A stretch of DNA of 32,000 bases from Nitrososphaera viennensis EN76. Its GTDB lineage: Archaea > Thermoproteota > Nitrososphaeria > Nitrososphaerales > Nitrososphaeraceae. The notes under the pieces were generated by a model that did no database searches, was not told the origin of the DNA, and worked only from the letters and a program-made list of their open reading frames with translations. Of the stretch, positions 30,682 to 32,000 are shown piece after piece. The stretch spans positions 1,170,001 to 1,202,000 of the forward strand of contig NZ_CP007536.1 in assembly GCF_000698785.1 (NCBI RefSeq), written 5' to 3'. The translations under genes and the position numbers were made by a program. Each line of letters starts with the position of its first letter. The stretch's first letter is position 1.

Positions 30682-32000
30682 CTAGGCGGCAGTGTCGATG
30701 ACGGCCAATTTTACGTCGTCTCCTTCTATCCAGGAAATCACTATCTTGCCATCGGCGCCAGTCGTGTACGGGTAGTGCTTGGTTATGTCCCCCTTTGCAA
30801 ACGCGCCGTTATGGAGTATGTTGCCATCCCTGTCGACCACGGCCAGAGTTACGCTCCCGTCACCGACGTAGGAGTGGTCTTCGTCATAGGTCGGGCTTTT
30901 CTTGAGCCCTTCAGAGTTCACGAATGTTATCCAGGCGTTGTCGTTCTTGTCCACCGCAAGGTACTGGGTAGTCGGCGGTATCCATTTCTCTGACAGGAGG
31001 TGTATCGGCACGGGCTTGCTGAACGTGGCGCCCTTGTCGTCAGAGTGCGTGTAATAGAATCCCTGACCCTGCGACGCGGTTTCGCTCCCCGTGAACCAGG
31101 CTACGTGCATGCGCCCCTTGCTGTCAAACGCCATGCCCGGGCCGGCGTCAGGGCAGCCGTTCATGAACCAGCTGTCGTTGCCAACTTTTGAAGGCTCGGA
31201 AAAGCTCTGCGCCATGCCGCTGTCGGTAGAGTGTTCCACGGTTATGTCACGGATTATCGCCATGTCGTTGTGGTGGCCCATGTAGTCTGTCCTTGTTTCA
31301 TTGGTAATTTTTTCTGCCGTACCTTGGAAGGTAGAGCGCGACGATATGTACAATTCATTGTCAGGGCCCATCGTGGCAACGGTTGCGCAGCACTGGCATG
31401 CAGATTTGTCAGCAATCTTGCTTTTGCCAAAGGTCTTGCCGCCGTCTGCAGAACTGACGACGCGCAGCACCGTCGGAGTGCCAGACACGTCGTCTTCCTT
31501 GGAGTAATCCAGGTTCAGGTACGAGATATAGACGTGGTTGTCCTTTGAAACCGCCATGTACGGGTACGATCGCTCGCCCACGGGGTCGTCGGGCGATGGA
31601 TCTCTGGCAGGCTCGAAGGTCTTGCCGCCGTCAAGCGACCGTGTAAAGCGCAATGAAGTTATCCCCCACGGATATTTCTCCGGGTCCGGATTCTCGTTGT
31701 GGTACCAGACTGCATAGACCTCACCGTTCTGGCCCACTGCCAAGGCAGGGGCACTCCACTGGGCGCTGAGGATCACGTCGCCTTCCTTGTCGTTCACCCT
31801 CACAGGCGCAGAGAAAGTCTTGCCGCCGTCATCTGACCTCTGCATGTACATGTTGCCGCCGCTGCCATTTTCGGCCCTGAAAAACGCCACATACACCGCG
31901 CCAGACTTGGGGTCTATTGCAGTAGATGGTGTGGTCGCGTTGGCAACGGTATAGTATGCTGCCTTTTGAATAGAATCTTGGACTTTTGATTTGGCCGCGG
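30682..32000 (-). CDS. BNR/Asp-box repeat (sialidase-like beta-propeller) protein; N-terminus lies beyond the window
   Basis: It has repeated S-x-D-x-G-x-T-F boxes (SDDGGKTF, SLDGGKTF, SADGGKTF, SDDKGATF). The ORF track starts it at a GTG (31896), but my translation shows the frame stays open to position 32000. Confidence 0.8.
   Translation of the reverse strand, partial: AAKSKVQDSIQKAAYYTVANATTPSTAIDPKSGAVYVAFFRAENGSGGNMYMQRSDDGGKTFSAPVRVNDKEGDVILSAQWSAPALAVGQNGEVYAVWYHNENPDPEKYPWGITSLRFTRSLDGGKTFEPARDPSPDDPVGERSYPYMAVSKDNHVYISYLNLDYSKEDDVSGTPTVLRVVSSADGGKTFGKSKIADKSACQCCATVATMGPDNELYISSRSTFQGTAEKITNETRTDYMGHHNDMAIIRDITVEHSTDSGMAQSFSEPSKVGNDSWFMNGCPDAGPGMAFDSKGRMHVAWFTGSETASQGQGFYYTHSDDKGATFSKPVPIHLLSEKWIPPTTQYLAVDKNDNAWITFVNSEGLKKSPTYDEDHSYVGDGSVTLAVVDRDGNILHNGAFAKGDITKHYPYTTGADGKIVISWIEGDDVKLAVIDTAA

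Noticed and set aside
1-32000. A search by eye for CRISPR arrays, rRNA genes, IS elements, transposases, integrases, long terminal inverted repeats and prophage-like genes.
   Set aside because: I found none. The repeats seen are short (9-26 nt) and confined to intergenic regions, and gene content is housekeeping-dominated.

Overview
The window reads as a chromosomal segment of an archaeon. The gene content and order look like an ammonia-oxidising thaumarchaeon (Nitrososphaera-like), but that lineage call is inference only and I cannot search databases. Evidence for an archaeon includes archaeal-type Adk and Cmk, Cbf5, an intron-containing tRNA, A/T-rich TATA boxes about 25-35 nt upstream of start codons, and many 4-nt ATGA/TTGA gene overlaps.

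The backbone on the minus strand is a compact housekeeping block: uL18-uS5-uL30-uL15-SecY-Adk-DUF106/Oxa1-like-Cmk-Cbf5. An aspS-gatC-gatA-gatB operon also lies on the minus strand.

Several less ordinary modules are interspersed:
- A YcaO-TfuA pair (16122-18124), the peptide-backbone thioamidation machinery, with no methyl-CoM reductase context.
- Nickel-pincer (NPN/Lar) cofactor genes split in two. A translationally coupled larC-larE-cysteine desulfurase unit sits at 446-3674. larB sits at 13225-14016, directly in front of the ribosomal cluster. No larA-type user enzyme is visible.
- At least five coding-looking Cys/His-rich micro-ORFs below the 60-aa ORF-track cutoff. They include a C2H2 finger and a YHS-domain ORF that lacks a canonical start codon.
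- A PadR regulator preceded by a palindromic operator candidate.
- A TlpA-CcdA fusion next to a Met-tailed exported protein.
- A 470-nt non-coding spacer carrying three TTATGCACG copies and two palindromes.

I saw no CRISPR array, rRNA, transposase or integrase. All functional calls come from motif recognition in translated ORFs. Coordinates of starts that use TTG/GTG or lie among alternative in-frame ATGs are uncertain.
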